Below, piece after piece: positions 38,459 to 47,128 of a stretch of 64,000 nt of DNA. The position numbers and the translations under genes were made by a program. Position 1 is the first letter of the stretch. Each line of letters opens with the position of its first letter. Origin of the DNA: a virus. The notes below the pieces were generated by a model. It searched no databases. It was not told where the DNA came from and worked only from the letters and a program-made list of their open reading frames with translations. Where the stretch lies: IMG/VR virus record IMGVR_UViG_3300033153_006744, positions 26,495-90,494 of that record; one strand, given 5' to 3'.

Positions 38459-39859
38459 TTAACCTCTAGTTTTATCAAATTCTTCTTTTATATCTTTAAA
38501 GTCTATTGTTTTGCTGTTTCTTATTAATTTAACATCATTAAAATTAGCTTTATGTTTAACATATCTATCTACAATTATATCGCAATATTTTTCATCCAAC
38601 TCCATTCCATAGCAAACTCTTTTTAATTGTTCACTTGCAATAATCGTTGTTCCACTACCGCAAAAAGGCTCAACAACTATATCTTTTTCTTTTGTAAACA
38701 TTGCAATAAATTCAGCAGGTAATTGAACTGGAAAAACCGCTGGATGGTCAGTTTTATTGCTTTTCTCCACTCCAATGTTAAAAACTGTTCCTTGAAAACC
38801 ATATTTATTTATATTGTGGCACACTGTATCTTCTATATGTCCTTTTTTGGCTCTTTTTACTGTTTTCATCTTCGCCGTCTCATAATATGAGTTTATTTTA
38901 GTGCGATTTTTTTCTTTGATTTCTTTGCCAAAAATAAAAATCCATTCATGCCATACGGGGATAAAGGCGGTTTCGTTGCCAATAGAACCAGAGTTATTTC
39001 TATTCCATATGCTCCAACTTAAAAACTTTAAATTTTCCTGTTTTGCTTTGTCAATATAAGTGTTCCAATAAGGGAATATTTCATTATTTTTTCTTTGCAA
39101 TCCAAGATTAATAATTTGATAGTTTACATATTCTCTGTATGTTTTAATAAAATTAACAATATTATCAACTTTTAAATCCTTTTCTCCATTATATTCTCTC
39201 ATGTCACTATAAGGAGGGCTAGTAAACAACATTTTAGATGTTTCGCCGTTCATCAGCTTGTTAACGTCTTCTTGACTTGTACTGCTACCACATAACAATC
39301 TATGTTTTCCCAATATCCATATATCCCCTTTTTTAGTATATGCAGCCTTCTTAATGTTTTCAGTAAAATCATCTTGCTCAACTTGCTTATCCTCTAAAAC
39401 ATCTAAGCCAACATTTTCTTCACTTTCATAATCTTCTAATTCTAAATTAAAATCTAAATCATCATCAGCAAAATCTAAAACATCATCAACGATTGTATAG
39501 CTGAGGTCTTCTAGTCCAAAATTATTTGATATATCATTGATTAAATCCGTTAATTTTTCCTCATTAACGCCAAACTTTGTTTCATTTGTTTCTATTGCAA
39601 TTCTTTTAGCTTGGGCTAATGATATGTTACCCAAATCATAACACATTGTATGTTTAACCTTTAACTCTCTTAAAATATCTAGCCTATGATTTCCATTTAC
39701 CACTTCATATTTATTTTTACTTATTTGCCTTACAATTATGTTTTCAATAATGCCATTCTTTTTTATATTGTTTTTTAATTTTTGGCTTAATCTTTTGTTT
39801 TCTTCTTTATAATTCCAATCCGCCTTGATTAATTGATTTATCTTTATGTTTTTAAACAT
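38459..39859 (-). CDS. ParB-domain / DNA amino-methyltransferase fusion (N4C/N6A, beta-class)
   Basis: ParB N-terminus 'VVNGNHRL'; 'GKHRLLCGSS', catalytic 'TSPPY', 'HPAVFP', SAM motif 'EPFCGSGTT'. Confidence 0.9.
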   Translation of the reverse strand: MFKNIKINQLIKADWNYKEENKRLSQKLKNNIKKNGIIENIIVRQISKNKYEVVNGNHRLDILRELKVKHTMCYDLGNISLAQAKRIAIETNETKFGVNEEKLTDLINDISNNFGLEDLSYTIVDDVLDFADDDLDFNLELEDYESEENVGLDVLEDKQVEQDDFTENIKKAAYTKKGDIWILGKHRLLCGSSTSQEDVNKLMNGETSKMLFTSPPYSDMREYNGEKDLKVDNIVNFIKTYREYVNYQIINLGLQRKNNEIFPYWNTYIDKAKQENLKFLSWSIWNRNNSGSIGNETAFIPVWHEWIFIFGKEIKEKNRTKINSYYETAKMKTVKRAKKGHIEDTVCHNINKYGFQGTVFNIGVEKSNKTDHPAVFPVQLPAEFIAMFTKEKDIVVEPFCGSGTTIIASEQLKRVCYGMELDEKYCDIIVDRYVKHKANFNDVKLIRNSKTIDFKDIKEEFDKTRG

Positions 39860-40430
39860 TGCCTACTCCTTTTAAAAACCCATAACCAGAACCATTTTTA
39901 TGACCTACACCTAAATATAATATAGGCTCATTATTCGTTTCTTCTTTAAACTTCAAGATAACTTTAAACGAATCAACTAAATTGCCCTTAAAGAAAACTT
40001 CTTCATTGCCATATTCAATCACAATGTCATCAACGTTATTTTTATCTATAATATTTTTATCTATATATTCAAAAACAAAAGAGTTTATATTGTTAACTTT
40101 TGATGTAATTATTCCACAAGGTTCGGTTTTGAACACTTTGCTTTTATCTAGCTCAAAAAACATCATGTTTGCCAAAGCTATTCCTATTCCATCGTAATTC
40201 CTAAACTTCAAAGAGTTCAATTCGTTCATTCTTTTAAGAAACGCATCAGATAAGCTTCTAAAGTAAACCGTAATAAAGCTTTTCCCGTCTTTAGTTAAGA
40301 ACCCTTCAGGATTGATTGCAAACTTATCTCTTGCTTGCAGGTGTAGCGTTAATGCTGTTATCATTTTTGCTTTTTGTTCGGTAATTTCTGTATCAAAAAG
40401 GAAGTCTATCTTGCCATTAATAAAATTCAT
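39852..40430 (-). CDS. cas6: Cas6-like RAMP protein (putative)
   Basis: C-terminal 'YLGVGHKNGSGYGFL' matches the Cas6 GhGxxxxxGhG loop; 192 aa with beta-rich pattern. The remainder is divergent. Confidence 0.55.
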   Translation of the reverse strand: MNFINGKIDFLFDTEITEQKAKMITALTLHLQARDKFAINPEGFLTKDGKSFITVYFRSLSDAFLKRMNELNSLKFRNYDGIGIALANMMFFELDKSKVFKTEPCGIITSKVNNINSFVFEYIDKNIIDKNNVDDIVIEYGNEEVFFKGNLVDSFKVILKFKEETNNEPILYLGVGHKNGSGYGFLKGVGNV

Positions 40431-40477
40431 GTCAACTCCACATAGTTAATTTCTATAGGTTATTGCAACCTAGAATT

Positions 40478-40506
40478 AGTATGCCAGTAAATATGTATTA
40501 TGTCAA
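40478..40506 (-). promoter_or_regulatory. Promoter TTGACA-17-CATACT (TGG extension) for cas6-MTase-ParB
   Basis: Perfect -35 box, 17-bp spacer; leader hairpin TAGGTTG-CAA-TAACCTA follows. Confidence 0.7.
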
Positions 40507-40643
40507 GTAGTTAATCAGACGTATCATAAAAAATATCAATTAAGTAATGATAGTAATCAAGGCATGTATATTCAAGTTCTTCTTCTTTAGTTTGACGCTC
40601 TAGGTCATCTACATACCTATGGTTTAACCTAAATTCATTAACT

Positions 40644-41033
40644 TCATTTTGATTTGTCATTATTAACCTTTTTATTTAGTTTTCTAATATGTTTTAAGAA
40701 ACTATTTAAATCATAATTAAATTCAGTTAAGCATATTACATCAGAAATCCTCTTGTCTGCATTGCTTTTGTTTTGAAATATAGCTTGTATAGAAATCTTA
40801 TCTATGAATGCTTTCTTTTCAAATACTTCTTCTTCATAAGTGTAGCATCTCAGAGTAATTGTTTCAATGTCGTTATTATGTTTTACTTCAGTTAAGAAAG
40901 AGAAAGTATCTTTGCCTTTGTTGTCACTTTTGTTGAATGTTGTCTTTAGGTATTCAAAGTTTGTTTTTTTTAGTTTAGAATTAAAATAGTCTTTGAATTC
41001 CACTTCTCTTATATCTATTAACGTTTCTTTCAT
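40644..41033 (-). CDS. Hypothetical protein
   Basis: AAGGAGG RBS. Confidence 0.6.
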   Translation of the reverse strand: MKETLIDIREVEFKDYFNSKLKKTNFEYLKTTFNKSDNKGKDTFSFLTEVKHNNDIETITLRCYTYEEEVFEKKAFIDKISIQAIFQNKSNADKRISDVICLTEFNYDLNSFLKHIRKLNKKVNNDKSK

Positions 41034-41203
41034 TTTACCTCCTTACCATATTCTAGTTTTCTGTATCTCATAACTACATTTCAACGTCCATACATGAGCC
41101 TGAATATATCCATCTAAAAAAACCCATAATGGCTTTGTAATATCTGTCTCTTCTTGTTTCTCAACATTCTCTTGTAAATTAGTTTTAACTTCTATTCGAT
41201 CTT

Positions 41204-41533
41204 TCACTTAACCTCCTCATATAGTTTTTTTGAGCCTTCTTTCAGGTCATGCCCCTTACAGTTAACTCTAAGATTAGATGCTTCAACTTTACCATAGGGA
41301 CACCATAAAAAAGCACCATATCTTTTGCGATCAAGCATGTTTTCCAGTTCACTTAAATGTTCGCAATTATTACATCGTTTTACCTCTTTAAAATATTGCT
41401 TCAATATGTTTTCTAGGGTTGCTTTTTCGCCAAGCAACATACACGTTTGCCCGTATTCTCCTAGTTTTTTATTTGAGAAAGTTTTGATTTGTTTGTCTAG
41501 TTCTTCAATCCTTTTTTGCAACCTATTCATCAT
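41204..41533 (-). CDS. Hypothetical protein with CxNCxH Zn-ribbon module
   Basis: 'VKRCNNCEH...WCPY...NCKGH'. Confidence 0.6.
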   Translation of the reverse strand: MMNRLQKRIEELDKQIKTFSNKKLGEYGQTCMLLGEKATLENILKQYFKEVKRCNNCEHLSELENMLDRKRYGAFLWCPYGKVEASNLRVNCKGHDLKEGSKKLYEEVK

Positions 41534-41541
41534 TACCCTCC

Positions 41542-42372
41542 TTATTTCAACTTCCTTAATATTGTAAATTTCTTATGTGTAAAGTGTTCTTTTAGTTCAA
41601 CCTTAATATCATCTTGCAACCCTAGTTCAAAAATTAGTTCTGCTTTCTTGTATCTCTTAATGTATCTCTCAATCATGTCAATTCTTTTTTGTCTTACCTT
41701 GCTAAACCTTTTAACTAGATAACCTGGATATAAGGTCATATATTTGTAATCTACATCTGAGTATTTAGAATTAAATCTAGTTCTAAATTTTCCACCTATC
41801 TTTCTATAGTGATATTTAAGAATGTTAATGTGATTTCTAAACCAGCCTAATTGAGTTTGCAAGCTAAACACTTTGTCATATTTCTTGAGTTCTTCTTCCG
41901 TGTATTTAGCTTTTCTGAAGCTGTAAGGCTCTTTACAGACCGTTGACCCAACAGACTTACATCTTGTTTGAACTAATCCAATGTCATATGAATCTTGCGA
42001 TAATGCAAGAGTATTCCATCTGCTTTCTATTCTTGCTGTAGCTCCAAGTATAATTCCATCATCAAAATCTATACTGCTATCATTTTCTATAAACTCATAT
42101 ACTTCAATTAGCATTTCTTTGTCTATATTTAACTTAGAAGCATACCTATGAGCAAATATAAATTTATCCATATCTTTTTTTCTAATATTTACATGCTCTA
42201 AGCGACTTGACATTAGCTCTAATAGATTACGCATGTAATCAACATTTGACTTAAAATAACCTGATTCTTGTCTGTTGCTTGCCTCATAATCTAATCTGTT
42301 AAATGCAAAAGCATCTAAGCCAATAAATAACGCCACAGCAAAACACAATATATTAAATAAAACTTTTTTCAA
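41542..42372 (-). CDS. Lytic transglycosylase (SLT)-like protein with N-terminal signal/anchor
   Basis: 'ARIESRWNTLALS...DIGLVQ' = catalytic ES and GLxQ motifs; hydrophobic N-terminus; TTG start after a GGAGAGGGAG RBS. Confidence 0.7.
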   Translation of the reverse strand: MKKVLFNILCFAVALFIGLDAFAFNRLDYEASNRQESGYFKSNVDYMRNLLELMSSRLEHVNIRKKDMDKFIFAHRYASKLNIDKEMLIEVYEFIENDSSIDFDDGIILGATARIESRWNTLALSQDSYDIGLVQTRCKSVGSTVCKEPYSFRKAKYTEEELKKYDKVFSLQTQLGWFRNHINILKYHYRKIGGKFRTRFNSKYSDVDYKYMTLYPGYLVKRFSKVRQKRIDMIERYIKRYKKAELIFELGLQDDIKVELKEHFTHKKFTILRKLK

Positions 42373-42426
42373 CTCCCTCTCCAATTCTAATTAAAAAAAA
42401 CAATATAGCATACTTACGCTGAATAA

Positions 42427-43002
42427 TCAAGCTAATCTTGCTCTTTTGGTTCTAAGTTCATGCTTATAAAAAGTCCTTGTTAAATTCTTTTTTTGTGTTT
42501 TTGAGTAATATTTTATTTTAATTTTTGCTCTATCTACAGATACAACATGAAATTCTGTTTTATCATGATATATATATGTTCTACCAGTTATAAAGTGCTT
42601 GTCTGCTTTGAGTGTTTCTTTTTTAACGATGTCCACCCCTCTTGCTCTTTGCTTTGGGGCTAATCCGATTCTGAACTTCTTGGAATAAAAAGCACTAAAG
42701 TTAACCTCTTGAGTCATTCCATTATCTAAGCAATACAAAGTAAAAGAAGATGGGCTCCTGCCAATTATCTTAGCTCTTTGGCTGTAAATGCTAGTTATAG
42801 TGTCACCTAAATTATATTTGTAACTTGCTTTTATAAGAGCTTTAAAGTTTCCTGAGTTCAGCTGATCTACTGATATAATTCTCCTTGCTCCTGTTTTAAT
42901 TGCTTCTACCTCGTAAGATGCGTGATCTCTAAAATTAAAGATGTCTATAACCTTACACCTCTCGCCATGTTTGTCTTTTATGATATTGCCTATTTTAATC
43001 AT
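42427..43002 (-). CDS. Hypothetical protein with repeated small beta-barrel-like units
   Basis: Three segments starting 'IGNII', 'LGDTI', 'TGRTY'. Confidence 0.55.
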   Translation of the reverse strand: MIKIGNIIKDKHGERCKVIDIFNFRDHASYEVEAIKTGARRIISVDQLNSGNFKALIKASYKYNLGDTITSIYSQRAKIIGRSPSSFTLYCLDNGMTQEVNFSAFYSKKFRIGLAPKQRARGVDIVKKETLKADKHFITGRTYIYHDKTEFHVVSVDRAKIKIKYYSKTQKKNLTRTFYKHELRTKRARLA

Positions 43003-43358
43003 TTGGTCTCCTTAATTCCTTTTAACTTATTAATTAGCACATCTAAGTGTTCTTTGTATGCTTGCATAGCTTTATCAAATTCAATAGCAATCTGTTTGCG
43101 TGTAGAGTGATCTGCTATAAAATTATATATACCCTTTATTTTCCAAAAAGTTTTCATTTCATGTTCAAAATTATCATCTTTTGATGCTAAGGTAGTTACA
43201 CCGCCCGCCGAAATAGATACAGATAATATTTCCTTGTTATCTCTTTCCCAATAAGCCATTTCAAAATTCTTTTTAGTTGTAGGTATTTCAATAAATTCAA
43301 ACGCTTCTTCTCCTTTGCAAATCTTTTGGAAGATTAATTCAATTATTTGTTGCCTCAT
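42999..43358 (-). CDS. Hypothetical protein
   Basis: ATGA-coupled ORF, GGAGG RBS. Confidence 0.6.
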   Translation of the reverse strand: MRQQIIELIFQKICKGEEAFEFIEIPTTKKNFEMAYWERDNKEILSVSISAGGVTTLASKDDNFEHEMKTFWKIKGIYNFIADHSTRKQIAIEFDKAMQAYKEHLDVLINKLKGIKETK

Positions 43359-43597
43359 TCCGCCTCCTTTTTCAACTTCTTAATAGTTAGCTCTAAAATC
43401 TTATTATTTTCTCTCACTACCTCCAGCTGACCTTCTTTTAAACTTAGTTGTTCATTCATGCTTTCGATAAGTAATCTCAGCATGTTGTTTTCTTCAGACA
43501 ATATTTTACTGTAGCTTAACTGTGATTCTAACTTGTGATTTAAAGTAACATTGTCTTCTTCTAAGATGTCTACCTGCGCTATTGTTTGGTCGTTCAT
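43355..43597 (-). CDS. Hypothetical coiled-coil protein
   Basis: GGGGG RBS; heptad pattern. Confidence 0.55.
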   Translation of the reverse strand: MNDQTIAQVDILEEDNVTLNHKLESQLSYSKILSEENNMLRLLIESMNEQLSLKEGQLEVVRENNKILELTIKKLKKEAE

Positions 43598-43606
43598 TTT
43601 TACCCC

Positions 43607-44188
43607 CTATGATTTTAAAAACAAATCTTTTAAGTTGATCTTCTCAACTATAGAATATTGTGGAACTTTACTTGAAATTACGTTGTAAAACCTGCTTTTT
43701 GATTCCCAAAAAGAACAAGGCTCACTATTTAACAGAAATTCGGCATCTATTTTACATTTCTTGTGAACACAGGTCAGGTCGTCTTTATGCTTGCAGTCAT
43801 AACATTTCTTCAAAACTTCAAATACTGGATCAACAGTTGAAGTCACACCCAGCCCCCACCCGTAGGTGTCATAAATTAATATATCTCTATTTTTTTTAAA
43901 TAAATCCCACATATCTATACATATTTTATCTTTAAATTTAGTTTTATTATTTAGTATCTGATTAAATAATTTATGCTCTATGGTATATTTAATTGTAGCT
44001 TCCTTGTTGTATGCGATTATTTTGAAATCAAACTTAATTAACTGATTGTTTTTACTTAGGGAAAAAGAAAAATAATCACCTTTTGATACAATATGTTCAA
44101 CCTCTTTTTTGCTTTCTTTGAAACCTGACTTTTTGAACTCATCTAAAAATTCTTCCAAAAAACCTTCTTTTATGTCATTGTAAAACAT
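43607..44188 (-). CDS. Hypothetical protein with CxxCxH module
   Basis: AGGAGG RBS; 'LKKCYDCKH...C...CSFW'. Confidence 0.6.
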   Translation of the reverse strand: MFYNDIKEGFLEEFLDEFKKSGFKESKKEVEHIVSKGDYFSFSLSKNNQLIKFDFKIIAYNKEATIKYTIEHKLFNQILNNKTKFKDKICIDMWDLFKKNRDILIYDTYGWGLGVTSTVDPVFEVLKKCYDCKHKDDLTCVHKKCKIDAEFLLNSEPCSFWESKSRFYNVISSKVPQYSIVEKINLKDLFLKS

Positions 44189-44214
44189 GATGCCTCCTAT
44201 GTTATATTTAATAT

Positions 44215-44562
44215 TTATACTCTAGTAAAACAGCTTATAGCATCCAACAAATCTATGTGCTCCATGCTGTCAACACTATCCCAATAATTAAAGCCTAATT
44301 CTTTCATGAGTTCTCTTAATAAAATCGTTGACTCTTTACCCTCAAGCCATCGCAAACTTTTTGCCCTATATTGTAAATCAGTATAGCTTTTTTCATACAT
44401 CTTTTCTAACATACTCTTAATGACCCTATAATCCGTTTGAATACAGTTTTTTAGTTTGCAATATTTAAAACAAATAGCCAAAAACCCTTGTGCCAAGAAA
44501 TGATAATACTCATAAGACTTTTTATTTTCAATTTTCCTAGCTTTTATTAAATAATTTTTCAT
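44215..44562 (-). CDS. Hypothetical protein
   Basis: AGGAG RBS before ATG 44562; under promoter cassette 2. Confidence 0.6.
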   Translation of the reverse strand: MKNYLIKARKIENKKSYEYYHFLAQGFLAICFKYCKLKNCIQTDYRVIKSMLEKMYEKSYTDLQYRAKSLRWLEGKESTILLRELMKELGFNYWDSVDSMEHIDLLDAISCFTRV

Positions 44563-44584
44563 AATATCTCCTATGATCAAACTT

Positions 44585-44644
44585 AGCCAAGACCTTTTCT
44601 TAACTTTATACGTATACTATAATCTATTCTTAAACTAATGTCAA
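44585..44644 (-). promoter_or_regulatory. Promoter + leader stem-loop cassette 2 (TTGACA-17-TATAGT)
   Basis: Hairpin AGTTAAGA-AAAGG-TCTTGGCT with G-U pairs. Confidence 0.8.
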
Positions 44645-44666
44645 GCAAAAAGTAAAGTTTTTTGAA

Positions 44667-45419
44667 TTATATGTCATTATGTTTTATGATAAATTTTCTA
44701 GCATCTTGAAAACCTTTTTTGTCTCTTTTAAACTCTAAAACTACCTTCGTTGTTGCGTGTTCAAATGATATAAGTTCATGTGTGTTATCTCCAAGTAAAA
44801 CCATAAAGTTATGATGCCTTGCCAGATCCAAAAGATATACAAGTCTAGCGTCATGTCTTATTTTATCGCTTGATAACTCTCTTTCTTTCTTGGTTAACAT
44901 TCTTTCACTTTCAATTCTTTTTTCTAAATCTCTTTTTTTAAGAACATTTAAAATGTACTCTCTAGCTTCTTTAAATCCTTGTTTAGTTGCTTTAAAATAT
45001 TTGCCTATATTTACAACGAAAATATGTTCTCCAAAATCCTTGTTAAAGCCTAATGACAAGAAGTGAATGTCATTTGATTTGGCTAATTCTTCTATAACGT
45101 CTAATCTTTTATCTTTTTTATCCAAACTACAATTATAAATCAGCACATCGATAATTGTTAAAATGTTATAAATATTGGTTCCAGGTGCATCATAAGAAAG
45201 ATAAATGTGATTAGTTTGAAGCCAATCTTTTTCGTGCTTGCAGCTATCTAAATTTCTATTAAGCAAGGTCAAGAAAGCTGTCTGTATTTTTTTATTGATA
45301 TCAAACCATAGTGGAAATATAGGAATCAATACAGATCTATACCTATGGTTATAATAACTTGTTGGTGGATAATATTCATCGCCATTTACTATGTTTAGTA
45401 TTTCTTGTTTATTTGTCAT
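44667..45419 (-). CDS. Hypothetical protein with internal repeat
   Basis: GGAGG RBS; 'FKATKQGFKEAREYI' / 'FKRDKKGFQDARKFI'. Confidence 0.6.
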   Translation of the reverse strand: MTNKQEILNIVNGDEYYPPTSYYNHRYRSVLIPIFPLWFDINKKIQTAFLTLLNRNLDSCKHEKDWLQTNHIYLSYDAPGTNIYNILTIIDVLIYNCSLDKKDKRLDVIEELAKSNDIHFLSLGFNKDFGEHIFVVNIGKYFKATKQGFKEAREYILNVLKKRDLEKRIESERMLTKKERELSSDKIRHDARLVYLLDLARHHNFMVLLGDNTHELISFEHATTKVVLEFKRDKKGFQDARKFIIKHNDI

Positions 45420-45783
45420 TGCATCCTCCACCGTTTTTTATTTGCATTAATTGTTTTTCGGTTTCCCCTATCTTCTGTTTTATTATGTTTATTTCTTCAT
45501 GAATTACATCTAAGATTCTATCTACAGTTTCCATGTTTTTATTATTTGCGATAGTTTCTAGCTTACCAATGTCATCATTGGAATATTCATATATGGATAT
45601 TACATTACCCTCATGCTCTTTTTTAACATATGAATATCTTGACACCAATTCACGTTCATCGCCTTTGGCATTATCCCAGCATATTATATAATATAGGCGT
45701 TCTCCTTTGTTAATTATCGTATGCTCTGCATATTCTTTGTTGTCGCCATTTATTATGTTTAATATTTCTTGTTTAGTTATCAT
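45409..45783 (-). CDS. Hypothetical protein
   Basis: AAGGGGG RBS; N-terminus paralogous to the next gene. Confidence 0.6.
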   Translation of the reverse strand: MITKQEILNIINGDNKEYAEHTIINKGERLYYIICWDNAKGDERELVSRYSYVKKEHEGNVISIYEYSNDDIGKLETIANNKNMETVDRILDVIHEEINIIKQKIGETEKQLMQIKNGGGCNDK

Positions 45784-45803
45784 AATTACCCCCTTAATTT
45801 AAG

Positions 45804-45835
45804 TTAACGAGCCTTTTTAAGTCTTGCTCAGGACT
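45804..45835 (-). ncRNA. Putative cis-acting H-type pseudoknot, copy 1
   Basis: AGUC-CUGAGCAA-GACU-UAAAAAG-GCUC; covaries with the copy at 61.8 kb. Confidence 0.5.
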
Positions 45836-45973
45836 ATGTTTACATTATTGCAATCAACAGCAACAATATAGTTAAAAACAAGTTAACCAAGACAAGCGTT
45901 CTTGTCTCAACTACAAGTCTTTTTTTTCTGTTTCTCATAACTAATCTCATTTTAACCTCCTAAGTTAAATTTT

Positions 45974-46032
45974 GATCAAGCCCCTTGCTTAACCTTATAA
46001 TGGAATATAACGTATTTTTGACTTAATGTCAA
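45974..46032 (-). promoter_or_regulatory. Promoter + leader stem-loop cassette 3 (TTGACA-17-TATATT)
   Basis: Hairpin GGTTAAGC-AAGGG-GCTTGATC with compensatory changes. Confidence 0.8.
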
Positions 46033-46064
46033 GTAAAATGTGAAGAAAAATTAAATAAATTATA

Positions 46065-46169
46065 TTGTCTTTTTTGCTTAATTCTGATATAATATAACCA
46101 TATGGCTATCTTGCTCTGGCCAGAGTCTGAGAGTTTTACTATATTACTTTCAGAAGAGCAGGAGGGCTT
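46065..46169 (+). promoter_or_regulatory. HNH gene promoter (TTGTCT-17-TATAAT) and structured SD-sequestering leader
   Basis: TCTTGCTCT pairs with AGAGCAGGA (overlapping the SD); inner stem TCTGAGAGT/ACTTTCAGA. Confidence 0.6.
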
Positions 46170-46745
46170 ATGTCTTTAACTTATCAAGAAATTAACAAAA
46201 ATTATGACTTACAAGATTTATCAGGCGAAGAATGGAGGGATATCAAGGGTTTCGAGGGGTTTTACCAGGCAAGTAACTTGGGTAGAATAAAGGGGTTAGA
46301 CAGAATAGTGTCACAAGGGATTAGAGTAAATGGAAGGATAATGAAGCCTAGAATAAGTCGAGCTGGCTACCCAATGATCGGGTTGCGCAAAAATGGATTA
46401 CATAAATCCATAGAAGTACACACGCTGATAGCTAAAGCATTTATTGAAAAACACCAAAGCAAGAAGAAACTAATAGTTAATCATAAAAATGGGATTAAGA
46501 TAGATAATAGATTAGGAAATTTAGAGTGGAGCACCTATTCAATGAACCTAAAACATGCTTACGATAATAACCTAAGAGGGTCTAAAGATAAGCACCCCAA
46601 CGCTAAACTAAGCAAAACACAGGTTGAATTCATAAGGGCAAATAAAGGTAAACTTACTTATTCATATTTAGCAAAATTATTTAATGTGTCATTTGAGACT
46701 ATATCATGTGTGATGAGAAATAAATATTACAATTATGACAAATAG
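46170..46745 (+). CDS. NUMOD4-HNH homing endonuclease
   Basis: 'EEWRDIKGFEGFYQASNLGRIK' NUMOD4; 'VHTLIAKAF', 'VNHKNGIKIDNRLGNLEW' HNH; C-terminal HTH. The only convincing plus-strand gene. Confidence 0.92.
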   Translation: MSLTYQEINKNYDLQDLSGEEWRDIKGFEGFYQASNLGRIKGLDRIVSQGIRVNGRIMKPRISRAGYPMIGLRKNGLHKSIEVHTLIAKAFIEKHQSKKKLIVNHKNGIKIDNRLGNLEWSTYSMNLKHAYDNNLRGSKDKHPNAKLSKTQVEFIRANKGKLTYSYLAKLFNVSFETISCVMRNKYYNYDK

Positions 46746-46760
46746 TTTCTCGTAAGGCAA

Positions 46761-46919
46761 TCAAGCATTAAGTTTACTTTTTAATTCTTCACAATCTCTT
46801 TGAACACCTTCTCGCAATAGATTCCAGTCACTTTCATTGAAGAACCCGCCCTTAAGCCATCTAACTTTTAGTTTTTTTATTCTTTTATTTAATTCATCTA
46901 AAGATAATTGATATTTCAT
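46761..46919 (-). CDS. Small hypothetical protein
   Basis: AAGGTG RBS before ATG 46919. Confidence 0.45.
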   Translation of the reverse strand: MKYQLSLDELNKRIKKLKVRWLKGGFFNESDWNLLREGVQRDCEELKSKLNA

Positions 46920-47128
46920 ATAGCACCTTCGTTTATAGTTTGAGAACATGTTACACTTTTAGTATACGTGTTAAAAAATAAAAATAAAGGTAATAACGGA
47001 TACTTGGGATAAAGTTTATTGTTTTGGAATGCCTTTTGTTATACATTCTAAGTGTTTATGTGAGTAAAAAAAAGTGCAAAAAAGATTAAATTATTTCCAT
47101 GTGTCCGTTATTATTCAGTTATTTTTAA

